Shown here: positions 56,389-64,000 of the stretch, one piece after another
Position numbering within the stretch: position 1 is the first letter of the stretch
How the letters are laid out: each line of letters opens with the position of its first letter
Origin: Verrucomicrobiota bacterium
GTDB taxonomy: Bacteria; Verrucomicrobiota; Verrucomicrobiia; Limisphaerales; UBA9464
Length of the DNA: 64,000 nucleotides
Direction of reading: 5' to 3'
Assembly (NCBI GenBank): GCA_947454705.1
Contig: CANGKZ010000008.1
Span: forward strand, 24,162-88,161
The notes under the pieces: model-generated
What the model was told of the DNA's origin: nothing
The model's input: only the letters and a program-made list of their open reading frames with translations
The model's database searches: none
Program-made: the position numbers and the translations under genes

Positions 56389-56640
56389 TCGGATAACATC
56401 CGATCTTATATAGGATCATAGAAACCTATTAAATTATTGGAATGGCGTGCGGCTTGGTCACAGTTGCAACGAATTTGGCACTGATCTTTGAGGTTCATTC
56501 CACGGCTAGTTTCCAAGACTCCAGGCGGGAAGTCCTAGTCTGATTTCAGCAGGCAATGATTTGACTGCACAAAAGAGGTTGGAGGCCGTTTTGAATCTTC
56601 GAGTTCACCTTGGTGCGAATCCCAAAACACAAAGACTCCT

Positions 56641-56808
56641 ATGATTCTCCAATTCCTGAACGCGAATTGTCCACAAGGTGTGGTTCGGTCCCTGATGACG
56701 ATGGTGGTGGTCTTGGAGGCAAGCATTGTGGTGGACGGCCGACTCGTGCTGGAGCTCCCGGCTGCTTCGAGCGCGGGAAACCGCTTCTTCCGGGTGATGG
56801 AGAAATAA
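56641..56808 (+). CDS. Possible small ORF (55 aa) ending ...GNRFFRVMEK
   Basis: Hand-translated as MILQFLNANCPQGVVRSLMTMVVVLEASIVVDGRLVLELPAASSAGNRFFRVMEK. It is below the track's length cut-off. No clear RBS was seen. It ends 46 nt before the giant gene. Confidence 0.25.
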   Translation: MILQFLNANCPQGVVRSLMTMVVVLEASIVVDGRLVLELPAASSAGNRFFRVMEK

Positions 56809-56854
56809 CTCAGCACCGCAATCACTCCTCAAATTGACCCCTTTTTCTCTTCTC

Positions 56855-59800
56855 ATGAAAACACTCCTGGATTCACGCCCACTGCTTCGCGGGCTGCGTG
56901 CGCGCCTCGGATTCCTCGCCGGATTGGTTGCTGCGTTGTTTCTTACGCTCGATGTGCGCGCCGTGGACCGCATCGGCTTCGGGCCGGATGCAAATGTGCA
57001 GTCAGCCGCGTTTGGGGCTGATGGAACGCTCTACTTCGGAGGACAGTTTACTAAGTTTGGACTTCAAACGGGTTCAGCGTTTCAAGTGGATCTTGGTACC
57101 GGGGGGATCGATCGGAGCTTTCCACCGATCAATGGGGTCGTGAGGGCGATCTGCCCGGACGGACAGGGAGGTTGGTACATCGGAGGGGCGTTCACGAGTG
57201 TGGGTGGCGTATTGCGAACCAACCTCGCGCACATCGACAGCACGGGGGCTGTGACCGCCTGGCAACCGAGGTCGCCCATTGACGACAGAGTGGATGGCAT
57301 CACCCTGGGTGGAAACCTCATCTACTTCTGGGGAGCAGTCTCAAAAGTCAATGGAGTCGCGCTCAGATTCGTGGCTGCGGTGGGAACCGATGGCGAATTG
57401 ACCTCGTGGCGTCCGCTTCTCTCCGGCGGAGGCGTCAACACAGTCGCCGTTTCCGGGAGTACGGTTTATGTCGGCGGATCGTCTCTTATACTCAGTGGAA
57501 GTGGAGCGAGTCCGCGCCATTTCATGGCATTCGGAACGGACGGGACGTTGCTGCCGTGGGATCCGAATCCTAGTGACGAAGTCAACGCGATCCAAATTGT
57601 CGGAAGTTCAATCTATTTTGGAGGAGCATTCGGTTTTATCGGAGGCCAATCCCGACCTTTTATCGCTGAACTCGGATTGGACGGAGTAGCAAAGAATTGG
57701 CCCTCCAAAAGACCGACTGCTCGTGTGAGGGCGATCAGTGTGGACGCGGACAATGTTTACGTGGTGGGCGATTTTGCCGCCTTTTCGGGTGGCGGCGGAA
57801 CTCGAAACAAAGCAGCGGCGATATCTCGGACCACGGGCCTCCCGACCTCCTTCGATCCTTTTGCGGCCACCGCAGGAACCTTGGAGGTGCGTTCGGTTCT
57901 CGCCACCAACAACCTGGTCTATTTGCCCGGCTTCTTCCAAAGCGTCAGTGGCGTTGCTCAAAATCACATGGCCGTGGTTGCGCCGGATGGTCAGCTCCAG
58001 AGTCTGGCTCCCGATCCCAGTTTTGGCCTTTGGGCGGTGGGGATTTGGGGTTCGAAGATGGTGGCAGGAGGGGATTGCAGGGTTTGCGGGGGCGTTGCGC
58101 GTTCCGGTCTGGCAGCGATCGGGCCCGACGGTGTCCTGACGAGCTGGGCACCGACCCTAACACCGGCTGGATCTTATCAAGTGTTCTCGATAGCGACTTC
58201 CGGCTCCTCCGTCTATTTTGCGGGAAGTTTCAACAGCGTCAATGGGACTCCCCGAACCGGGCTCGCTGCGGTGGATCAAGGAGGCACCCTTACTTCGTGG
58301 AATCCGACGCTCGGATACGTTCCGAGTAACATGACATTGAAGCTGTATAACAATGCAATTTATCTGGGAGGTGGCTTTACTCAGGTCAATGGAGTCGGGC
58401 GCTCCGGCCTGGCTGCGGTGGATATGTCTGGAAGTCTGCTTCCGTGGAATCCGGGATGCAGCGGAGTTCCCCTGGCGATGGAAGCGACGAATGGGGTGGT
58501 CTATATCGCTGGAAATATCGACAGCGTCGGAGGGCTGACCCGAAACGGTCTCGCAGCCGTTGATACCGATGGAAATGTCACTTCCTGGAACCCGAATCCC
58601 GGTAGCGGGACAATCCGATCGATTGTTCCGGTTGGAAACACCATCTATTTGGGAGGATCGTTTACCAGCATCGCGGGGGGGGCGCGGAAAGGATTCGCGG
58701 GAGTGGGCACGGACGGAACGCTAAGTCCAATCAATTTGAACCTGAATGCTTCAACGGTCTTTGGCGTTGGCGTGTTTGAGGATCGGTTGTACGTGGCGTC
58801 AACCATCGGTGCCTACAGTGGAAACCCAGCAGGGAGCGTCACCTGTGTGGGGCAGGACGGCACGGTGTTTGGTTGGAATGCGGATCCCGGAATCGGTGTC
58901 CAAGGCGTCTTTGGGACCGCGACCAACCTCCTGATTTATGGCAATTTTTCCAGCGCCCGCTCGCAGTTGATTGCGGGGCAGTCGGGAATGTATCTGGCCT
59001 ATTTCAATCCGGTGGATACGACGCTGCCCACTGTCACCAGTGTGACCAGCAGTTCGACTGCGGGGAGCTACGATGTCGGGTCGGTGATCCCCATTCAGGT
59101 GGTCTTCTCTGATCCAGTCACCGTGACGGGGACTCCCACACTCACCCTGCAAAATGGGGGCGCGGGCCGGGTGGTGAATTACAGCAGCGGTTCCGGAACG
59201 ACCACCTTGACCTTCAATTACACCGTCCAGGCCGGCGATACGAGTGCCGATCTGGACTACCTCAGCAGTTCAGCCCTGAGTCTAAATGGAGGAACCATTG
59301 TTGAAACCTCTTCCGCAAATACGGCGGTGTTGACGCTGCCGAATCCGGGTGCGGCCGGCTCGCTGGGTGCGAATCAGGGGATTCAGATCAATACCTCGGC
59401 GCCAACGGACATCAGCCTGAGCGCCACTGTGGTTGCGGAGAACTCGCCCTTGGGAACCACCATTGGATCCCTGAGCGCGATCGATGCGGATGCGGGCGAC
59501 ACATTAAGCTTCACTCTGGTGAGCGGCGCCGGGTCGGCTGACAACGCAGCCTTCTCAATCAGTGGATCCAGCCTTAAGACCGCCGCCGCGGTCGATTACG
59601 AGACCAAGAGCGCCTATGGCATTCGAATCCGTGTCACCGACTCCGTCGGTCATGTGTTCGAAAAAGTGTTCACCGTCAGTGTGACCGACATCAACGAGGC
59701 ACCCAGTTTCAGCGGTTACAGTCTTACCGTGAGTTCGGATGCTACCACGATCCTGCCGGTGGCCAAAATCCTCGGTCGCACCAGTGATCCAGAAAACACC

Positions 59801-60214
59801 GCACGAACCTTCTCACTATCCACCGGCACCTCGGCGCAGGGCGGGACGGTTCAACAAGTTGGCACGACACTTCGCTACACTCCGCCGGCCGGTTATTCGG
59901 GATCTGATTCGTTCGGAATTAATATCAGCGATGGAGTAAACTCCTTGCCGGGAACGATAAACATCACGGTGGGGACCCAGGGGGCAGGGAACGGGCTCGC
60001 TCTGATTTCCGTCACCACGGTCGGAAGCGATGTGGTGCTCAAATTCTCGGGGGCTGCAGGTGCCCGATACCAGATCCAACGTTCCGGGAACATCACTGCG
60101 CCGGCGACTTGGACGTCCCTCGCCACGGTGACCGCGGACTCCAGCGGGTTTGTCTCTTATACGGACGTCGCACCGCCCAGCCCCTCATTCTGGCGCACGC
60201 TGACCGCGCCGTAA
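56855..60214 (+). CDS. Giant secreted protein: about 14 beta-propeller-type blades, Ig-like adhesin domain, cadherin-like domains
   Basis: ATG at 56855 (MKTLLDSRPLLRGLRARLGFLAGLVAALFLTLDVRA). About 14 repeats of Y.GG.F..V.G..R..LAA.D..G.L..W.P were counted by eye. A cadherin signature is present (AENSPLGTTIGSLSAIDADAGDTLSF...VTDINEAP). Confidence 0.85.
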   Translation: MKTLLDSRPLLRGLRARLGFLAGLVAALFLTLDVRAVDRIGFGPDANVQSAAFGADGTLYFGGQFTKFGLQTGSAFQVDLGTGGIDRSFPPINGVVRAICPDGQGGWYIGGAFTSVGGVLRTNLAHIDSTGAVTAWQPRSPIDDRVDGITLGGNLIYFWGAVSKVNGVALRFVAAVGTDGELTSWRPLLSGGGVNTVAVSGSTVYVGGSSLILSGSGASPRHFMAFGTDGTLLPWDPNPSDEVNAIQIVGSSIYFGGAFGFIGGQSRPFIAELGLDGVAKNWPSKRPTARVRAISVDADNVYVVGDFAAFSGGGGTRNKAAAISRTTGLPTSFDPFAATAGTLEVRSVLATNNLVYLPGFFQSVSGVAQNHMAVVAPDGQLQSLAPDPSFGLWAVGIWGSKMVAGGDCRVCGGVARSGLAAIGPDGVLTSWAPTLTPAGSYQVFSIATSGSSVYFAGSFNSVNGTPRTGLAAVDQGGTLTSWNPTLGYVPSNMTLKLYNNAIYLGGGFTQVNGVGRSGLAAVDMSGSLLPWNPGCSGVPLAMEATNGVVYIAGNIDSVGGLTRNGLAAVDTDGNVTSWNPNPGSGTIRSIVPVGNTIYLGGSFTSIAGGARKGFAGVGTDGTLSPINLNLNASTVFGVGVFEDRLYVASTIGAYSGNPAGSVTCVGQDGTVFGWNADPGIGVQGVFGTATNLLIYGNFSSARSQLIAGQSGMYLAYFNPVDTTLPTVTSVTSSSTAGSYDVGSVIPIQVVFSDPVTVTGTPTLTLQNGGAGRVVNYSSGSGTTTLTFNYTVQAGDTSADLDYLSSSALSLNGGTIVETSSANTAVLTLPNPGAAGSLGANQGIQINTSAPTDISLSATVVAENSPLGTTIGSLSAIDADAGDTLSFTLVSGAGSADNAAFSISGSSLKTAAAVDYETKSAYGIRIRVTDSVGHVFEKVFTVSVTDINEAPSFSGYSLTVSSDATTILPVAKILGRTSDPENTARTFSLSTGTSAQGGTVQQVGTTLRYTPPAGYSGSDSFGINISDGVNSLPGTINITVGTQGAGNGLALISVTTVGSDVVLKFSGAAGARYQIQRSGNITAPATWTSLATVTADSSGFVSYTDVAPPSPSFWRTLTAP

Positions 60215-60261
60215 CAGAGCAGGGGATTCGTCGTCAACTTCATCACTCATTCCGAAAATCT

Positions 60262-60969
60262 ATGAAACGATTTCACCTCATCGCCCTGCCCCTTGCAGCC
60301 ATTCTCGCGGGTCCGGCGTCTGCCGCCGTTTTCATTGCCAGCGAAACGCTCAGTTCAAACAACGAAGTCGGAGATCCGCCTACCGCAGGATTGAGCCGGG
60401 TTCTGACCGTGACCACACCGGTCCAGTCGCTCGCGGACCTAACGGTCGTTTTAGATCTCGGCAGCGCTCCGGGAGACATCGCCTGGAGCGGCGATCTCTT
60501 CGTACAACTCACCAGTCCCCAGGGAACGTCGATCGTGCTGATCAACCGGCCGGGGCTCTCGCCGACCGATCCGGTCTCGGGCTACGGCGATGCTGGCTTT
60601 AGCGTTTCCATCTCCGAAGCGGCACCGCATGACATTCACCAATATCAAACCTTCGGCTACACCCTGAACGCGTCGCAACAATTGACCGGATTTTGGCAAC
60701 CGGATGGTCGCATTGATGCCACATCCTCGACCCGTTCCAATGGAATCAACCCCGTCTTTGGTGAGAACCCTAACGGGCAATGGACGCTGTTCGTCTCGGA
60801 CCTGGGATCCGGAAACACCGCGCGGTTAAACAGTTGGAGCATCACGGGTAGCGATGTTGCGGCGGTGCCGGAACCGGAGGAAACCGCGCTGGCGGCTGGT
60901 TTGGTGCTCGGCGCGGCGGCGATCTGGCTGCAGCAGCGAAAGCGCAAGGCGTCGTTGTCGCGGTGCTAG
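60262..60969 (+). CDS. PEP-CTERM protein with proprotein-convertase P-domain-like body
   Basis: ATG at 60262 with signal MKRFHLIALPLAAILAGPASA. The body carries WSGDLFVQLTSPQGTSIVLINRPG and NPNGQWTLFVSDLGSGNTARLNSWSITG, which look like a P-domain. The C-terminus is VPEPEETALAAGLVLGAAAIWLQQRKRKA. Confidence 0.8.
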   Translation: MKRFHLIALPLAAILAGPASAAVFIASETLSSNNEVGDPPTAGLSRVLTVTTPVQSLADLTVVLDLGSAPGDIAWSGDLFVQLTSPQGTSIVLINRPGLSPTDPVSGYGDAGFSVSISEAAPHDIHQYQTFGYTLNASQQLTGFWQPDGRIDATSSTRSNGINPVFGENPNGQWTLFVSDLGSGNTARLNSWSITGSDVAAVPEPEETALAAGLVLGAAAIWLQQRKRKASLSRC

Positions 60970-60983
60970 GCGACTGACTCTGA

Positions 60984-61025
60984 CACAGGGCAGGGGACTT
61001 TGCCGGGGAGGCGCCCTGCCCTGTG
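60984..61025 (+). other. 12-bp perfect stem hairpin just after the PEP-CTERM gene (possible terminator, no T-run)
   Basis: cacagggcaggg - 18 nt - ccctgccctgtg. Confidence 0.5.
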
Positions 61026-61113
61026 AATTGCGGGTGGAAGGTAGGACGGAGCGTGGTTGGTTGTGGGGCTGCGGAGAGCGCACCTTGCCCTGGATGAAGT
61101 TGAAGCTAGTTGT

Positions 61114-61174
61114 GCATCCGTACCCGGATTCCAAAGCGCCAGAGGCCTAGCGCACTCCATGACGCTGTCGCGAC
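61114..61174. repeat. Family C block (inverted copy of 8921..8969)
   Basis: The reverse complement gtcgcgacagcgtcatggagtgcgctaggcctctggcgctttgg matches 8921..8969 at roughly 42/47 positions by eye. Confidence 0.6.
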
Positions 61175-61262
61175 TTGGTTACCGGCGTGCTGAATCCACC
61201 GGGTCTCGGATTGATGTGGTTGGGCTACTGCCTTTGCGTCCTGATCTGGGCTGCAGCTGATA

Positions 61263-61494
61263 ATAGCCCCGGACTTGAGTCCGGGTCGGAGCCCTCAGCA
61301 CGGATCAAGTCCCGGAGGGACGGCAGGAGGAACCATCTGTCGTCCCTCCGGGAGTTTTGACGCCTACGCGTGATGAACCCAGGCCTGAAGGCCTGGGTTA
61401 TTCTCGTGATCAACTCGTTACCGACGATAGCCCCGGACTTGAGTCCGGGGTGGAGGCCTTGACACGGATCGAGTCCCGGAGGGACGACAGAAGG
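61263..61494 (+). repeat. Family E: two 68-nt direct repeats 164 nt apart, with embedded perfect hairpins
   Basis: Copies at 61263..61330 and 61427..61494 are about 59/68 identical by eye. Each begins atagCCCGGACTtgAGTCCGGG. A 13-bp stem hairpin lies at 61310..61353 and a 10-bp stem hairpin at 61376..61399. Confidence 0.75.
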
Positions 61495-61781
61495 TTCGTT
61501 CTCAACCGACTTCAGGGGATATGCGGCCGGTTTTTGCCTATTTCTGTATTGAATATAACATTTATTGTGCGTCTTTTTTGACCCTTGGGAAAGGAGGCCT
61601 TTGGGATCGGATGCTTTCGCAACAACGTGGGCGTCGTCTGATCGAGCCCGCGCCATGAAGTTCAGGCTGCGAACGAATGAGTCACTCGATCCGCATCCGG
61701 ACCCGAATTCAGATTCGAATCCGACGTTGGTCCCTGAGGATTGCTCTCCACCAACGTGCGCGAGTGATTCGCGCTTCCGAT

Positions 61782-62996
61782 TCAGCGGCGGCCCCAGCCC
61801 CAGCGTTCGGTGAACGGCCAGAAGACGAAGCACGACTTGCCGATGACGCGTTCCTGCGGAAAGTCCGGTTCGCCCCAGTACCGTGAGTCGGCGCTGTTCA
61901 TGGTGTTGTCACCAAAACAGACGTAATGCCCGGGCCGCACTTGGACCTCGGTTTTCTCATCCGGGAAATTCGCAGTCGGACCCCAGGCTCCGTCCCGGGC
62001 CCAGCGCCAGACGGTGCCGTTCACATGGCCCGAGTACACGTTGGGTTCCGGCTTCCGCTTGGGATCGAAGGCAAAGACGTGCTCGAATCCGTAGTCGTTG
62101 GTGGTCAGCGCGCGTCCGTTGACGTAGGTGTGCCGGTCGTCGCCAATCCGCAACCGTTCGCCGCCGAGTCCGACCAGACGCTTGATGTAGTGCGTGTGGG
62201 CGGTCATTCCGGGATGCTCCTCGGAACGGAACACAATCGTCTCACCGCGTTGAGGACGGCGGAAATTGTAGGTCACGCGCTCAACGAACAGATGGTCTCC
62301 GGAGCGCAGTTTTTCCCGGACGATCGGCTCGCCCTTTTTGAAACTCTTTTCGACCGGGTTCCATCGCATGTCGGTCAATCCGAACCGCGGACCGAAGTCA
62401 TCGGGCACGAACCACAGCGTCTGCGGAACTCCGCCGATCACCACGGTCGCCTTGTTGAAGAACGGAACGAACGGAATGACCATGCTCGGGCGGCCTACTG
62501 CGTTGAGTGGGCCCGAGGTTTCCGCATCGGCCCACAGATACGCATCGCCCTTGATGAACAGATCCCAGAGCCGACCTGGGAGCGCGGGAACGGCTTGGTC
62601 CTTGGTGCCCTTGAGGGTTTCGGTGGTGATGCCCCAGAGGGTCGGCTGGGCCGATCCGGTTGGGATCACCATGGGCTGAATGAGGAACGCGCGGCTGCCG
62701 AGAATCAGCACGGCGATCTCGAGAAACATCAGCACGTACTCGCGGACGTTCGCGCTGGGATACTGACGCAGCCAAGCATTGGCGGTGTCCTCGAGTTTGG
62801 TGGCTTGTTCCTCGATGGATTTCACCGGTGCGTCCGACCGGATGATCCGGCGGGTCTCGGCGAGCGCGGTCTCGATGCGCTGCACGTTGTCCGACGGAAG
62901 CACGTCGCGCTGGTGGTTGAGGATCTTCTCGACGGTGTCGATCAGTTCCGCGGTGCGACGAACGGTCTTCGACGTGAGCCAGCGCAGATAGTACAT
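61782..62996 (-). CDS. lepB: Signal peptidase I
   Basis: Boxes TGSAQPTL, GDHLFVERV, RGETIVF, YIKRLVGLGGE and GDNTMNSADSRYWG. ATG at 62996, 5 nt after the carbonic anhydrase stop. Confidence 0.88.
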   Translation of the reverse strand: MYYLRWLTSKTVRRTAELIDTVEKILNHQRDVLPSDNVQRIETALAETRRIIRSDAPVKSIEEQATKLEDTANAWLRQYPSANVREYVLMFLEIAVLILGSRAFLIQPMVIPTGSAQPTLWGITTETLKGTKDQAVPALPGRLWDLFIKGDAYLWADAETSGPLNAVGRPSMVIPFVPFFNKATVVIGGVPQTLWFVPDDFGPRFGLTDMRWNPVEKSFKKGEPIVREKLRSGDHLFVERVTYNFRRPQRGETIVFRSEEHPGMTAHTHYIKRLVGLGGERLRIGDDRHTYVNGRALTTNDYGFEHVFAFDPKRKPEPNVYSGHVNGTVWRWARDGAWGPTANFPDEKTEVQVRPGHYVCFGDNTMNSADSRYWGEPDFPQERVIGKSCFVFWPFTERWGWGRR

Positions 62997-63001
62997 GCGA
63001 T

Positions 63002-63634
63002 TCAGTTCGTGATTCCCTGCAACGCGTCGGCAGCGGCCTGGTTGGCCACATCGACCTTGAGGTCCCGGATGAGACCGTCCTTCAGCGAATAGATCCACCC
63101 ATGGACCACGAGTCCCCTGCCCTCGCGCCAGGCGGATTCGACCATGGTGGTTTGCGAAACGTGACGGACGCCGGCGATGACGTTTAACTCGCAGAGGCGG
63201 TCAATCCGCTGTTCCTCGTCGGCAATGGCGTCGAGTTCGGAACGATGGCGTTCCTGCAGATCGCGGATGTGGCGGAGCCAGTTGTCGATGAGGCCCAGAC
63301 GATTCCCGCCAAACGCGGTTCGCACGCCGCCGCAGCCGTAGTGGCCGCAGACGATGATGTGGCGGACCTTGAGCACGCTGACCGCGTACTCGATCACCGA
63401 GAGGCAGTTGAAATCGGTGTGGATGACGAGGTTCGCCACATTGCGGTGGACGAACAATTCGCCCGGAAGCAGGCCCACGATTTCATTCGCGGGCACGCGG
63501 CTGTCGGCGCAACCGATCCACAGGTATTCGGGTGCCTGCTGTTCGGAAAGCTGTGAAAAGAAACCGGGCTGGGCCTGGGAGATGGACTCCGCCCATTCCC
63601 GGTTTTGCTTAAACAGATGTTCCAGATCGCGCAT
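63002..63634 (-). CDS. can: Beta-class carbonic anhydrase
   Basis: LWIGCADSRVPANEIVGLLPGELFVHRNVANLV and IIVCGHYGCGGV. ATG at 63634 aligns with the E. coli Can N-terminus from memory. An alternative GTG at 63682 overlaps the lepA stop. Confidence 0.88.
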   Translation of the reverse strand: MRDLEHLFKQNREWAESISQAQPGFFSQLSEQQAPEYLWIGCADSRVPANEIVGLLPGELFVHRNVANLVIHTDFNCLSVIEYAVSVLKVRHIIVCGHYGCGGVRTAFGGNRLGLIDNWLRHIRDLQERHRSELDAIADEEQRIDRLCELNVIAGVRHVSQTTMVESAWREGRGLVVHGWIYSLKDGLIRDLKVDVANQAAADALQGITN

Positions 63635-63678
63635 CGACGAACGTGTCTCGTTTGAGGCGTTGCTTCCGCATCCGGCCG

Positions 63679-64000
63679 TCACGCCTTCAGCACTTCAATG
63701 AAGGCTTCCTGCGGGATGTTCACCGACCCGATGGACTTCATCCGCTTCTTACCTTCCTTCTGCTTCTCGAGCAGCTTGCGCTTACGGCTGATGTCGCCGC
63801 CGTAGCACTTCGCGGTGACGTCCTTGCGCATGGCGCTGACGGATTCGCGGGCGATGATCTTGCCGCCGATAGCAGCCTGGATGGCGACCACGAACTGCTG
63901 CTTCGGAATCACTTCCTTGAGCTTCGCCGCCAGGATGCGGCCGCGGCTCTCGGCCTTGCTGCGATGCACGATGCAGGAGAAGGCATCCATCGGCTCGCCG
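63679..64000 (-). CDS. lepA: Elongation factor 4 (LepA), C-terminal part (5' end outside window)
   Basis: [74 protein letters not shown] is near-identical in pattern to the LepA C-terminus. The frame stays open to the window edge. Confidence 0.93.
   Translation of the reverse strand, partial: GEPMDAFSCIVHRSKAESRGRILAAKLKEVIPKQQFVVAIQAAIGGKIIARESVSAMRKDVTAKCYGGDISRKRKLLEKQKEGKKRMKSIGSVNIPQEAFIEVLKA

Noticed and set aside
56109-56445. Replication origin (DnaA-box cluster plus AT-rich unwinding element) as the explanation for the TGTGCG array
   Set aside because: The architecture is superficially oriC-like. However, the hexamer context does not match TTATCCACA/TGTGGATAA; the best case is TGTGCACAA. 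No dnaA, dnaN or gidA-type genes are nearby. No change in gene-strand bias is evident around it. A genome-wide GC-skew plot would settle this.
61263-61494. CRISPR array
   Set aside because: There are only two direct repeats, 68 nt long and about 87 percent identical, with a 96-nt structured spacer and no cas genes. No other regularly spaced short repeats occur anywhere in the window.
61225-61833. 202-aa minus-strand ORF downstream of lepB
   Set aside because: It is composed largely of translated hairpin repeats (family E) and overlaps the lepB 3' end. It has no protein-like features.

Overview
This is a high-GC bacterial chromosomal segment with about 50 protein genes and one tRNA (tRNA-Ala GGC). 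No rRNA, CRISPR array, transposase, integrase or phage genes are visible. Several protein signatures point, by inference only, to a PVC-group organism, most likely Verrucomicrobiota. These are a prepilin-type N-terminus ([24 protein letters not shown]), two PEP-CTERM anchors, a CRTAC1/ASPIC protein, giant repeat surface proteins and DUF4159.

Recognisable content:
- An RND efflux operon with an MFS gene and a TetR regulator.
- trxA, glgP, aceE with a divergent lipoyl-ligase-family gene, ugd, mutT-like.
- FdhF/YdeP plus fdhD, three MFS transporters, a split MacAB-like ABC exporter.
- tilS, lptD-like, and a lepA-carbonic anhydrase-lepB string.

The track's long ORFs antisense to these genes are treated as high-GC artefacts.

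Most unusual observations:
1. A 1.4-kb ORF-free, partly AT-rich region (55460-56854) carries ten exact TGTGCG/CGCACA hexamers within 271 bp. It lies upstream of a giant beta-propeller/cadherin protein and a P-domain PEP-CTERM protein.
2. A tight operon encodes a 5-TM / five-CxxCH multiheme / TPR fusion protein and a CRTAC1-family protein.
3. At least five families of hairpin or MITE-like intergenic repeats sit mostly just after stop codons. They show modular arm/core combinations. One inverted-arm pair brackets a complete fatty-acid-hydroxylase-family gene.
4. A 1041-aa secreted protein has four exact-period 124-aa repeats.

All calls come from reading the sequence and from memory of protein families. 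No database search was run.
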